Shown: positions 1 to 10,674 of the stretch, one piece after another
Layout: each line of letters starts with the position of its first letter
Numbering within the stretch: the stretch's first letter is position 1
Assembly: GCA_013115125.1 (NCBI GenBank)
Contig: JABANN010000001.1
Coordinates: forward strand, 248,001-272,596
DNA length: 24,596 nucleotides
From: Perkinsus olseni
Lineage: Eukaryota
Reading direction: 5' to 3'
Notes under the pieces: generated by a model
Told to the model about the DNA's origin: nothing
Seen by the model: only the letters and a program-made list of their open reading frames with translations
Database searches by the model: none
Position numbers and translations under genes: made by a program

Positions 1-2239
1 GATGAGCTCGCCAACCTTACTATTCGCCCAAACATGAAAATCGAGGAACCATTGGACCCCTTTCTCGAAGTCACTCCGGGGGTTATTGGCCAAGATGTCG
101 AAGATCTCCCTGCATTTCTCAGCGTCTCCTGCCGTAATTGGCAAGTAATCACGTATGTGCCTCAGAATTTCCCGATGTCTGTTTAAGTGGGCGAAGAGCG
201 TGACGGGTGCAAAGTGCTGTTTAGCCTCCTGAAGGTTGCTGGTGACCGTGAGAGGAGAATGGTCAGGGGTGAAGCTAACGTCGAACTCCGTCAGATCGAT
301 GTTGTACCTGAGAGAAGACGGCGATCAACCGACTCCTCAGTGGGAGTGCGCTAGACCACATCTAACGCTTAGAAAGAATGGACGGGTGCCGCCGAGAGTC
401 CAGATTCCCTTTGCGAAGCGCGCTGCTGAACGGACCCGTTCGCGCCAATTTGTTACAGTTCCGAACAAATGTCCTCAGTGGCAATTGCTAGCGCGCGAGA
501 ATGACTGCAAAGCCTTCTAAGTTGACTACTGATAAGGCTCATGGTAGAGGAATACACGTCACTAGTACACCCAGAAAAATGTCTGCCCGCTGCCACTTAC
601 CCGACTCTGCATCTCAAGTAGTCTTCCGGACCTTGCGAGTACACAGTTTGGCGGATCGGGTTCGCACCTCTGTAACTTTGCTCGTGGAAGTAGAGAGAAA
701 TAACCGTAAAGTTTCCGAACTTCCTAGTCCCCGAAGAGAGCTCGCACATGCCGTTCTCAACCCTGATGCGGCCTCCTAACTACATACAAAGGTAAGCAGA
801 CGGGAAATTAGAGGTAGGCTAGGAGGACTCACTCTCTTCCTCGCACCGCCTGTCGCCGTACCCTCAACAAGCTTGGCAAGATCAGCCAAGGCCGCTGCAA
901 CGATGATACGACGGGAAATGGTCATCAACGTCGGTTGAAAAATCTCTTGACTGACACTCAAACAGCATCCACGAGCGTGAGCACAGGTCTTTGTCCGCCT
1001 CTACGATCGGGCATGCAAGCATATCAGTAACAGGCGTTCGGAGGACACGGGGCGTGTTTGAGTCTGACAGCTCGACTTATCTTCACTTCCGCGCTCGATC
1101 ACCACTTGCTCAACATAAGGAGAACCCTGGTTCTTCGCCTTGGGTATGCGTACACTAGCACGCAGACGCACAGTACTGATACAAATTCAGAATCCAACTT
1201 CCTTCGCCTAAGGGCGGTGGATGGCTAGACCATCCACCCCGTGAACCTGGAAGCTAAGCCTACGGCCAGGAAGTACCAACTGCCGACGAATGAGGGTTGA
1301 GGAGACGTGAAGAAGAGGTACAGAGCGTCACATAGTTGAACCATGCTTACAGCCGCCGGCCAGACTCGCGACGGAATCGCTCCGAGCGAACGACTCGCTC
1401 GCCAACAACCATTCGCTGGGCACGGCGAAAAGCTACCCTCACCAGCATCACGAGACCCGCAAGGGTGCCCAACTAAGCTCGCGCAAAATTTCCTATTGAG
1501 CTGTGACAGAGTTATACACGTATGACATGGTTCCAGCGTGAAGAGCATGACCCATGCTGCATGAGCCCGTAGCGTATAATATTAAGGCGGCTGAAGCTCA
1601 GCCAAACTGAGCGCCTTGAGTCCTCGTATGTCCACGCGGCTCACTGCCGTAAAAGCTACAGCGCCAGCTTCGTTATCGATCGTGGTGCGGAGACGTACGG
1701 CAGAGTATCTCAAGAAGGCGAGATTACAAGAATCACTAAGTATGGGAAGCTCGCTCGTTCGAGACTCTGGGGCTTCCGTTCCCAGATGGCTAGGAGTAGG
1801 AGGCTGCTAGAGAGCATGTAGGGGAAGTTCTTCTGGGGAAGAATATGATGAGGAGTTCACTGATCGGTACTCGTGGTCCGTTGACAGCGGAAGAAGTACA
1901 AAATCCAAGGGAGCGTTTTCAGGGATCTGCATCACCTGGGCAATAGTTCGGGTTTCTGGTTGACCTGGCTAACAGTTCCGGGATCGGGTTGCCCTGTCCG
2001 GTTTCGGGAGAGGTTTCTGGTTTCCCGTTCCTGCCTTCACCCGCAGTTCAGGGGTTTTTTCTGTTGCTTTTGCCCCCCTGTCGCACGCGCTTCCTTGGAT
2101 TTTGTACTTCTCCCTTGGATTTTGTACTTCACCCGTTGACAGCCGTTGTGAGGAGATTTAAGATGACAGTAAAACTGGGGATAGTATCACAACGACTTGC
2201 GATTCTCAAGTGTACTAGCCGCGATTGAAGATGAACCAT
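1..2239 (-). CDS. Hypothetical multi-exon protein, 3' end beyond the window; exon 1 apparently disrupted by a MITE
   Basis: Minus-strand frame is open over 1-~308 (...HREILRHIRDYLPITAGDAEKCREIFDILANN...) and bounded by acceptor tctcag. Exon 601-779 (LGGRIRVENGMCELSSG...RCRV) has tag/gtaagt boundaries. Further exon-like segments at ~1078-1155 and ~1238-1370. Candidate ATG at 2239 (MVHLQSRLVHLRIASRCD...). Exact exon chain is ambiguous and no family was recognised. Confidence 0.55.
1889..2134. mobile_element. Non-autonomous DNA transposon (MITE), Mutator/MULE-like
   Basis: 24-bp TIRs with 22/24 match: GGAAGAAGTACAAAATCCAAGGGA at 1889-1912 versus reverse complement of 2111-2134, GGGTGAAGTACAAAATCCAAGGGA. 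Perfect 9-bp TSD GTTGACAGC at 1880-1888 and 2135-2143. An extra tandem copy of the TIR core lies at 2093-2110. No coding capacity. A 9-bp TSD with G-initial TIRs is typical of Mutator elements. Confidence 0.88.
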
Positions 2240-2408
2240 TCATCGGCAGAAGCTTGTTCATCGCGGATGGTTCAATCGACCCTCACAATAGTTTATCGAT
2301 CAGGAGCGTAGTCCTGAGCGGTTCAAACCACACTCCCAGTCGCCCTGTTTTCGTGACCAGCGGAGGCATCTACGACCGTTGATTCATCCAGTGAACGTTC
2401 TGGGTATA

Positions 2409-4197
2409 ATGTCGAAGACAGCCACCACCACCGCCACGTGTATCCTCCCTCCCCCGCCGGACTTCGGATCCATCTCCCTCACCGGCAAGGCCGTGGACTT
2501 CCATCGCAACCTACTTGTTGGGATAAGGGAACCTCACTTGATGCTACCTGTACGTCTACTGGGAAAGTGTGCAGTGGTGATGCTGTGCCATTGTTAGATT
2601 ATCGACTATCTCGAGGAACATCAGCTTTACGATGAGTCCAGCATCAAGGCACTCCGAATCCAAGTTGTCAAGGCTACTCGCATGGTGGACTTGTTGGTAG
2701 TAGAGGGTAGTCCCTGGAATGGTGGTATTAGGTAGGGCGTTGTTGCTAGGGCGACTTGACGGGTAAAGATATGACGGACGCAAGAGCTGCCTTGGCGGAG
2801 GAGCTGAAGGAGGCAGAGGAGGCCGCTGATAGTGCAATGAAGCTCATTAAGAACCAGGAGGTCTGGGAGAAGATACAGGCTAATGCTGAGTACTGACGTC
2901 TAGCATAGTAGTGTTGGCGATGTTGAGCCCTTCAGAGGGTCTTCCTTCGGGGCGTTGGTGCTGGATTATGGCTTCCCCGACGACATTCTGGACAGGGTCT
3001 ATCACCTTGGCCGACTCAACTATCAGGCTGGCCGCTACGAAGATGCTTATTCGGCTCTGCAGGTCCGAGCACTCACCGCGCTCTTTGCGTTACTTGCCCA
3101 CCTCTACAGGTGTATCGTACTTTGCTAACCTACCTTGGACCCAAGCAACATCATAAGCATATGCTCTCCTCTCTCTGGGGGTCCCTGGCCTGCGCTATAC
3201 TCACTGGCCAGGTAGCAAGCCCTCCTAGAGTTGTCTTGAATCCTGCATCATCCCTCCTCAGTTCGACGCCAGTGTTGATCTCATCGGCAAGCTTTTCGAG
3301 CTTTATCAGTATGAGTCCTCGGGACCATCGAGACCGGTCGGCGAGGGCGCTGGCAACTACGCGGAGTCCGTGGCTGTGCTCATGCATTGGAGTCTCTTCG
3401 CTCTCTTCCGGTACCACACTTCTGCTAATTCGCGCGTGTACGCCCCACGCTGTCTCAGAGCGCCATCCCCGTCCCTGTGCTTGTCGCCTAAGCTGGTCAT
3501 GTTGTTAACAAGAGTTAAGGCTCTGCAGGCTATCATCTCAACGGGAAACTTCCATCTCCTCCGGTAAGTCGCGCAAGAGAGCGTCCGCTTGGTCACTCTC
3601 CGGCAGGTACGCTGCAATTGTAGCCCTGATTTCGCCTCAGCAACTCGCCCAGTCGGGCGCAAGCAAGCGTGACACGCCCGCCAGCACTCCTGTCTCGTTG
3701 CTAGCCCAGTACTTGGAGGGCCAAGAGGAATGGTAGGCGACTGGGGTGGCTTTGCTAGGGACGAGCAGGGAGTCTATAGGTATTGTGACTGCTTTACCAA
3801 GCTGATGGTGGCAGTGTATGTTAAGGCGGACTTCGTTGCTGCTAAGGAGGCTGCTAGAGAGTGTCTCAAGACGACAGACTATTTCACTAGCGTCATTGAG
3901 AGGGAGAACCAGGTAGTGGTGGTCATAGATTCGAGAAAACGGCACCGATGGTCTCACGGCAGATCGCTCTGGGTGTCGGCCGGACGCTAGCCGGTGCGTT
4001 GATGCTGGTGTATCGAGTCCACGACCTCGCTACCAGTCTCACCAAGATGATCGGTGAGTCGACAGGGGACTACCACTACTGTAACAATCTCGGCAGGTAT
4101 AAGTCAGGATGTGGCAGAGATATCAGTGGAGACGGCTAGTCGAGGTCGCCGGAGCGGGCTCACTTCCGGCGAAACCACTGAGACCGAGAGCCAGTGA
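2409..4197 (+). CDS. EIF3E: Eukaryotic translation initiation factor 3 subunit E (INT6/PCI family), multi-exon, possibly internally deleted
   Basis: Spliced segments match eIF3e motifs in order: EPHLMLP|IIDYLEEHQLYDE..ATRMVDLL; RVYHLGRLNYQAGRY; MLSSLWGSLACAILTGQ; LMHWSLFALF; LQAIISTGNFHLLR; EQGVYRYCDCFTKLMVAVYVKADFVAAKEAARECL. ATG at 2409; predicted last exon ends with TGA at 4195-4197 (3' end less certain). Confidence 0.85.
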
Positions 4198-4316
4198 GAG
4201 GGAGGGGCTCGATTGGGATTGTTTCTATAGAGTGCATTTGTTGTGTCTTACTGTTAATGGTCCGATAGGCCAAGGGTTGATTTGAAGATTTTCTGGTAGT
4301 CGGTTTGATTTTAGAA

Positions 4317-5773
4317 ATGGTGGTGCTCCATGTTAAACGAACATCTCCCAAAGGAGAGTTCCTTTTCGAAACGACTGCCGGGATCTCCGTGACCGACCTG
4401 AAGAAACAGTTGGTGGAGCTGCACAACAAGCGAATCAAGTGTCTTCGGTAGTACTTGGAGGCGGATGGGAAGGGCCTGCCGCTTCAGCGATTCCTTTTGG
4501 TACATGAGCAGTGAGGATGTAGGAGAGCCTCCAAATGAAGCACTGGCCGTCCCAGAATGTGGATGCTGCAGTTAGTTGGTCATTTGAGAGCGCCATATCT
4601 GTTTAGTTTGGCTGATGCACTGAGGGAGCTGGCCAAACACGGACCTTTGAGACCCGAGGAGACACGTGGATTGAGCGAGGAAGTGGGGAAGATGAGTCAT
4701 CTCGATGTCAATGCATATGGTGATATCACATAGCGCAGAGAGAGGGGGTCTGATTGGTGACACGACAGCAGGCACTCCTACGGCACCCGACGAGCACGCC
4801 TACCGGACGGGTTGCCCACCCCCAGCTCACGCTGCGGCAGTACTCACACGAACAGCGGATGAGGCGTCAGCAGCCGTTAGTCACAATCTAGTGGCGCATA
4901 GGAGGGCCCTCGACCTTGGTGAGATCGGCGAAGGCTGGTCCACTTCTTCGGCGAGTGCGTGATCGAGCGAACTTGCTCGGCAGTACTGCGAAGGACTGTA
5001 TCTATGTTAGCAACGATTCAAGAGCAGCTCGACTGCATGCAGGGTGCGGTCATGATCGCCTATCCTGCTTTCCATCGTCTCCCTAGCTTCGACCCGGCCA
5101 GAATAGAACTGGAAAATGCCGAGGCCCCAGATGGGCAGTCAGAGAATCAGGTAAAGTAGTGTCACTGAGAGGAACTCACTGCTCCCTGAGCTTACCGTCG
5201 AGTCACATAGATTACCGTGATGGCGCTATCGGTCATTTTGTTAGCAGCTATTGGAACTACGGTCACGACGAACGATGATGGCATCATAGTTTCCCATTCT
5301 CTCTTGCTGTTTCATGCGACAGTCCTTTTTTTCAGGATGTACTGGAGCCGGCGCAGTCCTCTCTTTGGTGGGCTGGTAAGGAACTAGAATCCGGCAAAAC
5401 ACTATCCGACTATATCGGCAAAAACGAGAAGACGAAGATAATAGTGAAACTAATGGCTTCGTCGCAGGGGGCACCGGTGCGCGAGCCTCGAGTAAGGGAT
5501 GTAGACGGGTTTGCGTGGCGTTTTGAGTGATGCCGATGCAGGTTGATGAGGAAACCCACAAGGCGATGCTCGCTTATTATTATAAGAAACAGGAGGAGCA
5601 GAAAGCCTTGAATAACAACGATGACGACTCTTATCTAACTAGTGAATGGGCCAATCCCAAAGCGCTCAAGGGTGTGGACCATTCGGCCCGCTTGCATACG
5701 ATCCTGAGTACAGATTTTTCGTCTAGGTTCTCTTGTTGGAGGTGGGCGAGGTATCAGCTGGAGGCCTCATTGA
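4317..5773 (+). CDS. CFAP298: Cilia- and flagella-associated protein 298 (C21orf59/Kurly homologue), multi-exon
   Basis: N-terminus MVVLHVKRTSPKGEFLFET...VELHNKRIK; LRELAKHGP; DEHAYRTGCPP; LDCMQGAVMIAYP..LPSFDPARIELEN; LWWAGKEL..KTLSDYIGKNEKTKIIVKL; C-terminus HKAMLAYYYKKQEEQKAL..DDDSYLTSEWANPKALK..ISWRPH*. All are characteristic of the family. Confidence 0.93.
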
Positions 5774-5967
5774 TTGAATTAAGCATCACCGGCGCTACAA
5801 ACCACTACTTAATCGTTATCGATGCACCTAGTAGAGTTTGGTTATTTTACATCCAGTGGGCAGGGATGGGAATAGTAGAGAACATCGGAGAGTTGTTCAC
5901 GGCTCTGAAAGTCAGTCTTCGTGATGCGTTGGACGCTCTGGGCATTGTGAAAATCGCGATTCTCAGC

Positions 5968-6047
5968 GACAGTTTGGCCGAGTGGTCTAAGGCGCTAGCT
6001 TCAGGCGTTAGTCCGCAAGGGCGCGGGTTCGAATCCCGCAGCTGTCA
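5968..6047 (+). tRNA. trnL-CAG: tRNA-Leu (anticodon CAG), intronless, long variable arm
   Basis: GACAGTT/AGCTGTC acceptor stem with discriminator A; D-arm GCCGAGTGGTCTAAGGC; anticodon stem CTAGC/GTTAG with loop TT-CAG-GC; variable arm CCGCAAGG; T-arm GCGGG-TTCGAAT-CCCGC. Confidence 0.95.
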
Positions 6048-6258
6048 TGTTTGTGATCATCAACCCTACTTTGAGGATATGACTACACTTATCTATTTTA
6101 AACACCTCCTGGCAGTTCGCCCTCAATAGGGCAACTGATGGCCCTCGATTCATCTCCCGAGTATGATCAGATGAACGCTTCAGAGTGTGAACTCCATACC
6201 ATGTCTGTCACCATCACTTTTTCTGAACACTACGCAATATGCTCGGCTCACGAAACCA

Positions 6259-7899
6259 TTAATGCTTCCTACGCCTGCCTGCAGACTTTTTGCTCCGGCC
6301 ACTCTCATTCAAACTTTTCTGCTGAGCGCCTTGGGAATTGTCTTCCTCCGTGCTGCTCGGCTCCTCGGCTAAAGTACGGGTATCCACACGATCCCACAAG
6401 ACATCGCGCCAGTTCGCCAGTACCGAACCCTTGTCGTAGATGTTCTTCAACCCATCCAGCTCGGCCTCGCGGTTTTCCTTCTTGAGATAATCGTGTATAG
6501 TACGCCACTTGGCTGATTCGTTTGTAGTGACGTTGGAAGCAGCTAGGTACAAATGCCACGACGTGAAGCCAACCAGCACAATAGACATAATCGTGCAGAG
6601 AGTGATCATGGCGATCATTATGTACTCATGAGTGAGGAGCCACTGGAAGATGATCCGATAACTGGCAGTGAACTGCTCTCCTGTGGTGGGGTTGATGAAC
6701 CGGGCGTTCCACAAGTCGCGCTCCTTAACGACGGCCATGAGACTGATCACGCCGACGATGGCACCGTATACGCAGAGAGCAGTATTTGCTAGTAGAAAGG
6801 CGAGGAACCAGTGTACATTGTTGACACCGACACAGTTGTTAATCCACACACAGTGATGGTCGAATCGGGCCATACAACAGTTGCAGAGAGAGCAATGCTT
6901 ACTGCGAGCGGGCCTGAGAATACCGCTGGTGAGTTGAGGCCGTGCCCCGTGCCTTAGTAGCCTTACTTCGGTTGCTTGCATGTGGAGCACTCCTTCTCAT
7001 GAAACAGGATCTCGTCCATAGGGTAGATCTTGGAGATCGCACGAACGTTGCGCTTGGTGATGATCCCTGGATCCGTTACGGACGCTGAAAACGGAAAAAG
7101 GGGAAATGATTTTTCGATCTTATTCTGGATCTTACCTGCAGCGAAGGTGTAGATGCAAAGCACGAAAACTAGGAAGCCCATGTATTTATGGTATTCTTCA
7201 AGGTAGATGTTAGGAAGCAGGGGGTATCCTGAGCCATTCAGAATCCCTAAGGTGGGCTTATGTGGTGAACAGCTTACCGAAGATGACATAAAGGAAGTAT
7301 CCGCCGACCACTAGACTGAGATAAACAATCTGAACCTAAAAAGAAGCCTTGGAAAATGGCGAGGAGATTGCCAGAGGGTACTATCGGATTGGCCTCATTG
7401 CAGGTGTAGTTCCAAGCTGAATCCAGGGCGATGCCCCCTCGATCAGAGCCGCAGCAGAGAATGCGCAGTACAAACCTGAGGAGGAATGAGCTCCTCTCGC
7501 TTGACTGGTCAGTGGCCCGTCACCCACGCTACTTTATTGCATTGGGTACATATTCTGTAGCAGCTCGGTATACTCGGTCGAAGACGCTGTTACCATCGGA
7601 TTTACCGAGTAAGAACACCTGAGGGAAGTCTCTTTCCCGCTATAACCGGTGGGCACGCATATGCTAGCGATAAGCGCTTGATAAGAGTACTCTGTAGTGG
7701 CTCGGAACCGCTGTGGATTCCCTTGACGCGATTAATTACACGTTCCTTGTTATTGGAACGCTCGTCGGCCCTTTACGTTCGAGTACGTTACTTATGTTCA
7801 ACCATGCAGCCTTCTCAAGCACACCAGGTCCCCGGTTATTACCGCCATCCCGAATCCCACAACGGCCAGGTATATCCCAACGGCGACGAAAAAGTTCAT
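6259..7899 (-). CDS. DHHC-type S-palmitoyltransferase (Swf1/ZDHHC4-like), multi-exon
   Basis: ATG at 7899 ([27 protein letters not shown]...); [65 protein letters not shown] motif; multiple transmembrane segments; stop at 6259. Confidence 0.93.
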
Positions 7900-7957
7900 G
7901 ATGGTGGAATAAGAAACACTAAGATCATATACCTCTGGAAATGCGGTTTTTATGCGG

Positions 7958-7993
7958 TCAGTCCGCCGGGATTGAACCCGGGACCTCTTGATC
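7958..7993 (-). pseudogene. tRNA-like 3' half (anticodon-stem 3' strand, variable loop, T-arm/B-box, acceptor 3' strand) without a recognisable intact 5' half
   Basis: Minus strand reads GATCAAGAGGTC-CCGGG-TTCAAT-CCCGG-CGGACTG-A. The T-stem is a perfect 5 bp but the T-loop has only 6 nt. GATCAAGAGGTCCC resembles eukaryotic tRNA-Cys 3' halves. Confidence 0.5.
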
Positions 7994-8411
7994 GTTGTCC
8001 ATTTAGCTTTGTTGACCGAAAACTTTGGTAAATCGTCACGCTCATCATAAGTGACTGTCGTCGAGGGGTTGAGTGAAGAAACGACCGGATAAATCGAGTA
8101 TGTTAGTAGCCAGCTCCTTGGACGACCCTTTGACGCGAGTTCGTATTACTCTATGAACCACAGCGCAGGTTTGCTAGCTACTTGTGAATACGACTTGGCT
8201 TACGGCCGCGGCCTCTTCTTCAAGAGTTGGGTTCGTGATTATTCTATCCGCTGGGATATAAGCGCGCGAGAATCTCCCATGCATTCAAGCCTTATAGGGA
8301 ACTAGCCTACTGGCGCAGAATTGGACAACGACAGTGATCACAGCGTCCCTCCACTGCTCTCGCTACTATTGCTTCTCTCAGTTCATTACTACAGCATTCC
8401 TTCCCACTAGC

Positions 8412-9412
8412 ATGGTTTCTGTTTATCTCTTCGTCCCCAACCTCATTGGCTACACTAGAGTGGCTCTGATGCTCATCAGCTTCTATGTGGCGTTCGAGTA
8501 ATACCCGCTGCACTCTTGCGAAGTTCCTCAACTGTTACCGTATTATTTTCTTCTTTCAGCAACTGGAAGGCCTTCATCTTCTGTTACTTCTGGTCACAGA
8601 TGTTGGACGCCTTTGATGGTGCTGCCGCCAGACGATTTAACGAGTGTAGTATGTTCGGAGCTGTAAGACAACGGGGAGAATCCTACGCTCTCCCTTCACC
8701 TGTAATGTAGGTACTGGACATGGTCACAGACAGGATTTCCTCCAATATCCTGGCCCTCATACTGAGCCACTTCTACCCGACCCTCTACCTCCCTCTGGTC
8801 ATGTTCGCCGTGGTCGATTATGCTTCTCATTGGACCCAAATGTACTCCACTCCCTGCGGCCGTCTCTATTAGAGCTCACTGCTCCCACAGGTACTCGAGC
8901 GTGCTCGCTAAGAATGGTAGCCACAAGTACATCGCCCCCAACAGGCCTTGGTTGTTGAGGAAATACTACGGCAGCAGAGGTAGTCAACGACAAGTCGAGC
9001 GTCCGCCTTCGAGACTGCACTCATTTCAGTCATGCTGTTCACGCTTTGCTTCGCTCAAGAGGCAGTGCTGGTGTTGATGTACCTCTACCACTTCGTGGCC
9101 CTGCCCACTGCAGCGTTCCCAGTGTGGATGCAGCAGGCTGTCTACTATGCTGCCCTAGCATTCCTACCTATTGCATTACTGAAGCAGGTAATAATTCACC
9201 ATCATGGGGCGCTTAGATCGGAGAGCCTGAATGTCATCGCTCGGCAGTGAGAGTTTGGTCCATAGTCGTCATGCACATAGCCTTGGAATGGGGGGTCCTG
9301 GGAGATGGGGTTAGTCTCGTCCCATCAGGTCATTAATGTCATTCAATTGATCGACGCTGGTCACGAGATTGTGAAGATCGATGAGGCCAGTCGTGCCGAG
9401 AAGGTCGAGTGA
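8412..9412 (+). CDS. PIS1: CDP-diacylglycerol--inositol 3-phosphatidyltransferase (phosphatidylinositol synthase), multi-exon
   Basis: MVSVYLFVPNLIGYTRVAL; CDP-alcohol phosphotransferase motif LDAFDGAAARRFNECSMFGA|VLDMVTDR; DYASHWTQM|YSS..SHK; WLLRKYY; LLKQ|VINVIQL; stop TGA at 9410-9412. Confidence 0.95.
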
Positions 9413-9491
9413 TTGTTGTGCAGCAGCGTACTCAGGTTCGTACCCTATGTATTCATTCAATACACTGCTGAGGTCCAATTGAGCTTTTCTG

Positions 9492-10273
9492 TTAATTCCA
9501 GTTGTCCTTGGGTGAATCTGTTCTCAATGAATGCGGCAGGAGAAGTGGTGGTACTGGGTATTGCCTTCTGGCAGTCCACAAGGTTTGCATTGATCGCTCA
9601 TCCGGAAACAGGCTAAGTTCCAACTCGCTTGCGTTGCTGGCAGCCGTTATTGACTCTCGGGAGAGTGTCGGAGTGGGTGGAGGTTGGATGGCCTAGAATT
9701 CTCACGGCGGTGGGCGTTATACCTGCCCGGGCGAAGGAGTATTAATTTTTTGGTATCACTCAATGAGTACCACCCTACTAGACCTCGAAGATCTACTGGG
9801 CTCTGATAAGCCTGAGAACAGCAGCAGCAATTTGGGTAACGAGCAGGGGCAGGAGCTCGCCAAAAAAGTAGGAGTGACCAGTGGACGTTGAACTCGGAGC
9901 TCGGTGTAAGGCCGCTGCCTTCGATAAGATGGACGACCTGGTTACCTCAACCCAACCCTTTCCTGAAGGCACGTCAGCTGGGGAAGTGAAGGACGCCCGT
10001 GTTGGTAAGTGACTAAGGAGTAGGTTCGAGCGCAGAGTGTGCAGCCTGCGACTTCTCCCACGACTCTTGGTTCGATTTCTCAAGCGCCGCTTGAAATTGA
10101 ATTTCCGTAGTTGACCAGCAGCATGGACCAACCACCTCATCGACGACAGAGGAGACCATGATCACGCCAATCCGTACCGACACCGCGGCGACACCAGAGG
10201 GGTTGCTGAGCGTAACTCCTGGCCACAGTACTTGGCGGTTAGTGATGTTTTTCCAGGGCTCGGTCGAAGGCAT
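9492..10273 (-). CDS. Possible hypothetical multi-exon protein (boundaries uncertain)
   Basis: Overlapping minus-strand open frames (10013-10273, 9793-10140, ~9492-9692) with GT/AG-like breaks, lying between a convergent gene (PIS) and a divergent gene (SH3). No recognisable domain. Confidence 0.3.
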
Positions 10274-10674
10274 AATCGGTGAGGGTGCGAAAGAGAGCAG
10301 CTCGTCTCAGTCACGGAGTCTCATGTCATCGTCACAACTTCACATCAGTCTTGGGAGCATCCCTGTGTCGGCGGAAAAGACCAGTCCAGCTCAGACTACA
10401 GTAGGTGTCCGCCACTCCCTTGGTACCACTTTCACTCCGTGTAAGGGGCAGGCATTTTTCCTGAGCAAATTCACAAAAATTTCGTTTCTCGTCAACAGAG
10501 GCTTCGCAAATGATGTTCCACGATAATATCTATACTCTGTTAAGGTTTCCACTCTGAACTCGTGTTAGGCGTCGAGAAATGAGAAATATTTGAATTTGCC
10601 TTGCAAAAGAGGACGCTTGTTTTACTTACCCGTCTCGCCTCAGTGACGGGGAATTTCCTCCCTGTTATTGTCCG

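Noticed and set aside
1783..1795. Spliced-leader relic (TAGCCATCTGG on the minus strand)
   Set aside because: Only a partial match to the perkinsid/dinoflagellate SL, lacking the CTCAAG end, and it lies in a probable exon.
2091..2130. CRISPR-like direct repeats
   Set aside because: Two adjacent copies with no real spacer, part of the MITE terminus, in a eukaryotic context with no cas genes.
1..4200. Degenerate retrotransposon or alternative genetic code explaining the many short ORFs
   Set aside because: The stops fall in GT-AG introns. Exons join in the standard code (eIF3e is recognisable), and no RT or integrase motifs were seen.
5968..6047. tRNA read as Sec/opal suppressor because of TTCA in the anticodon loop
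   Set aside because: The stem register places CAG at positions 34-36. The 7-bp acceptor stem and the D-arm are those of an ordinary tRNA-Leu.
5527..6129. 200-aa ORF as a standalone gene
   Set aside because: It is the penultimate CFAP298 exon read through an intron, the 3' UTR and the tRNA gene.
8120..8170. TPP riboswitch (ACCCTTTGA...AGCGCAGG resemblance)
   Set aside because: Lacks the upstream UGAGA motif and the CCUG strand needed to pair with CAGG.
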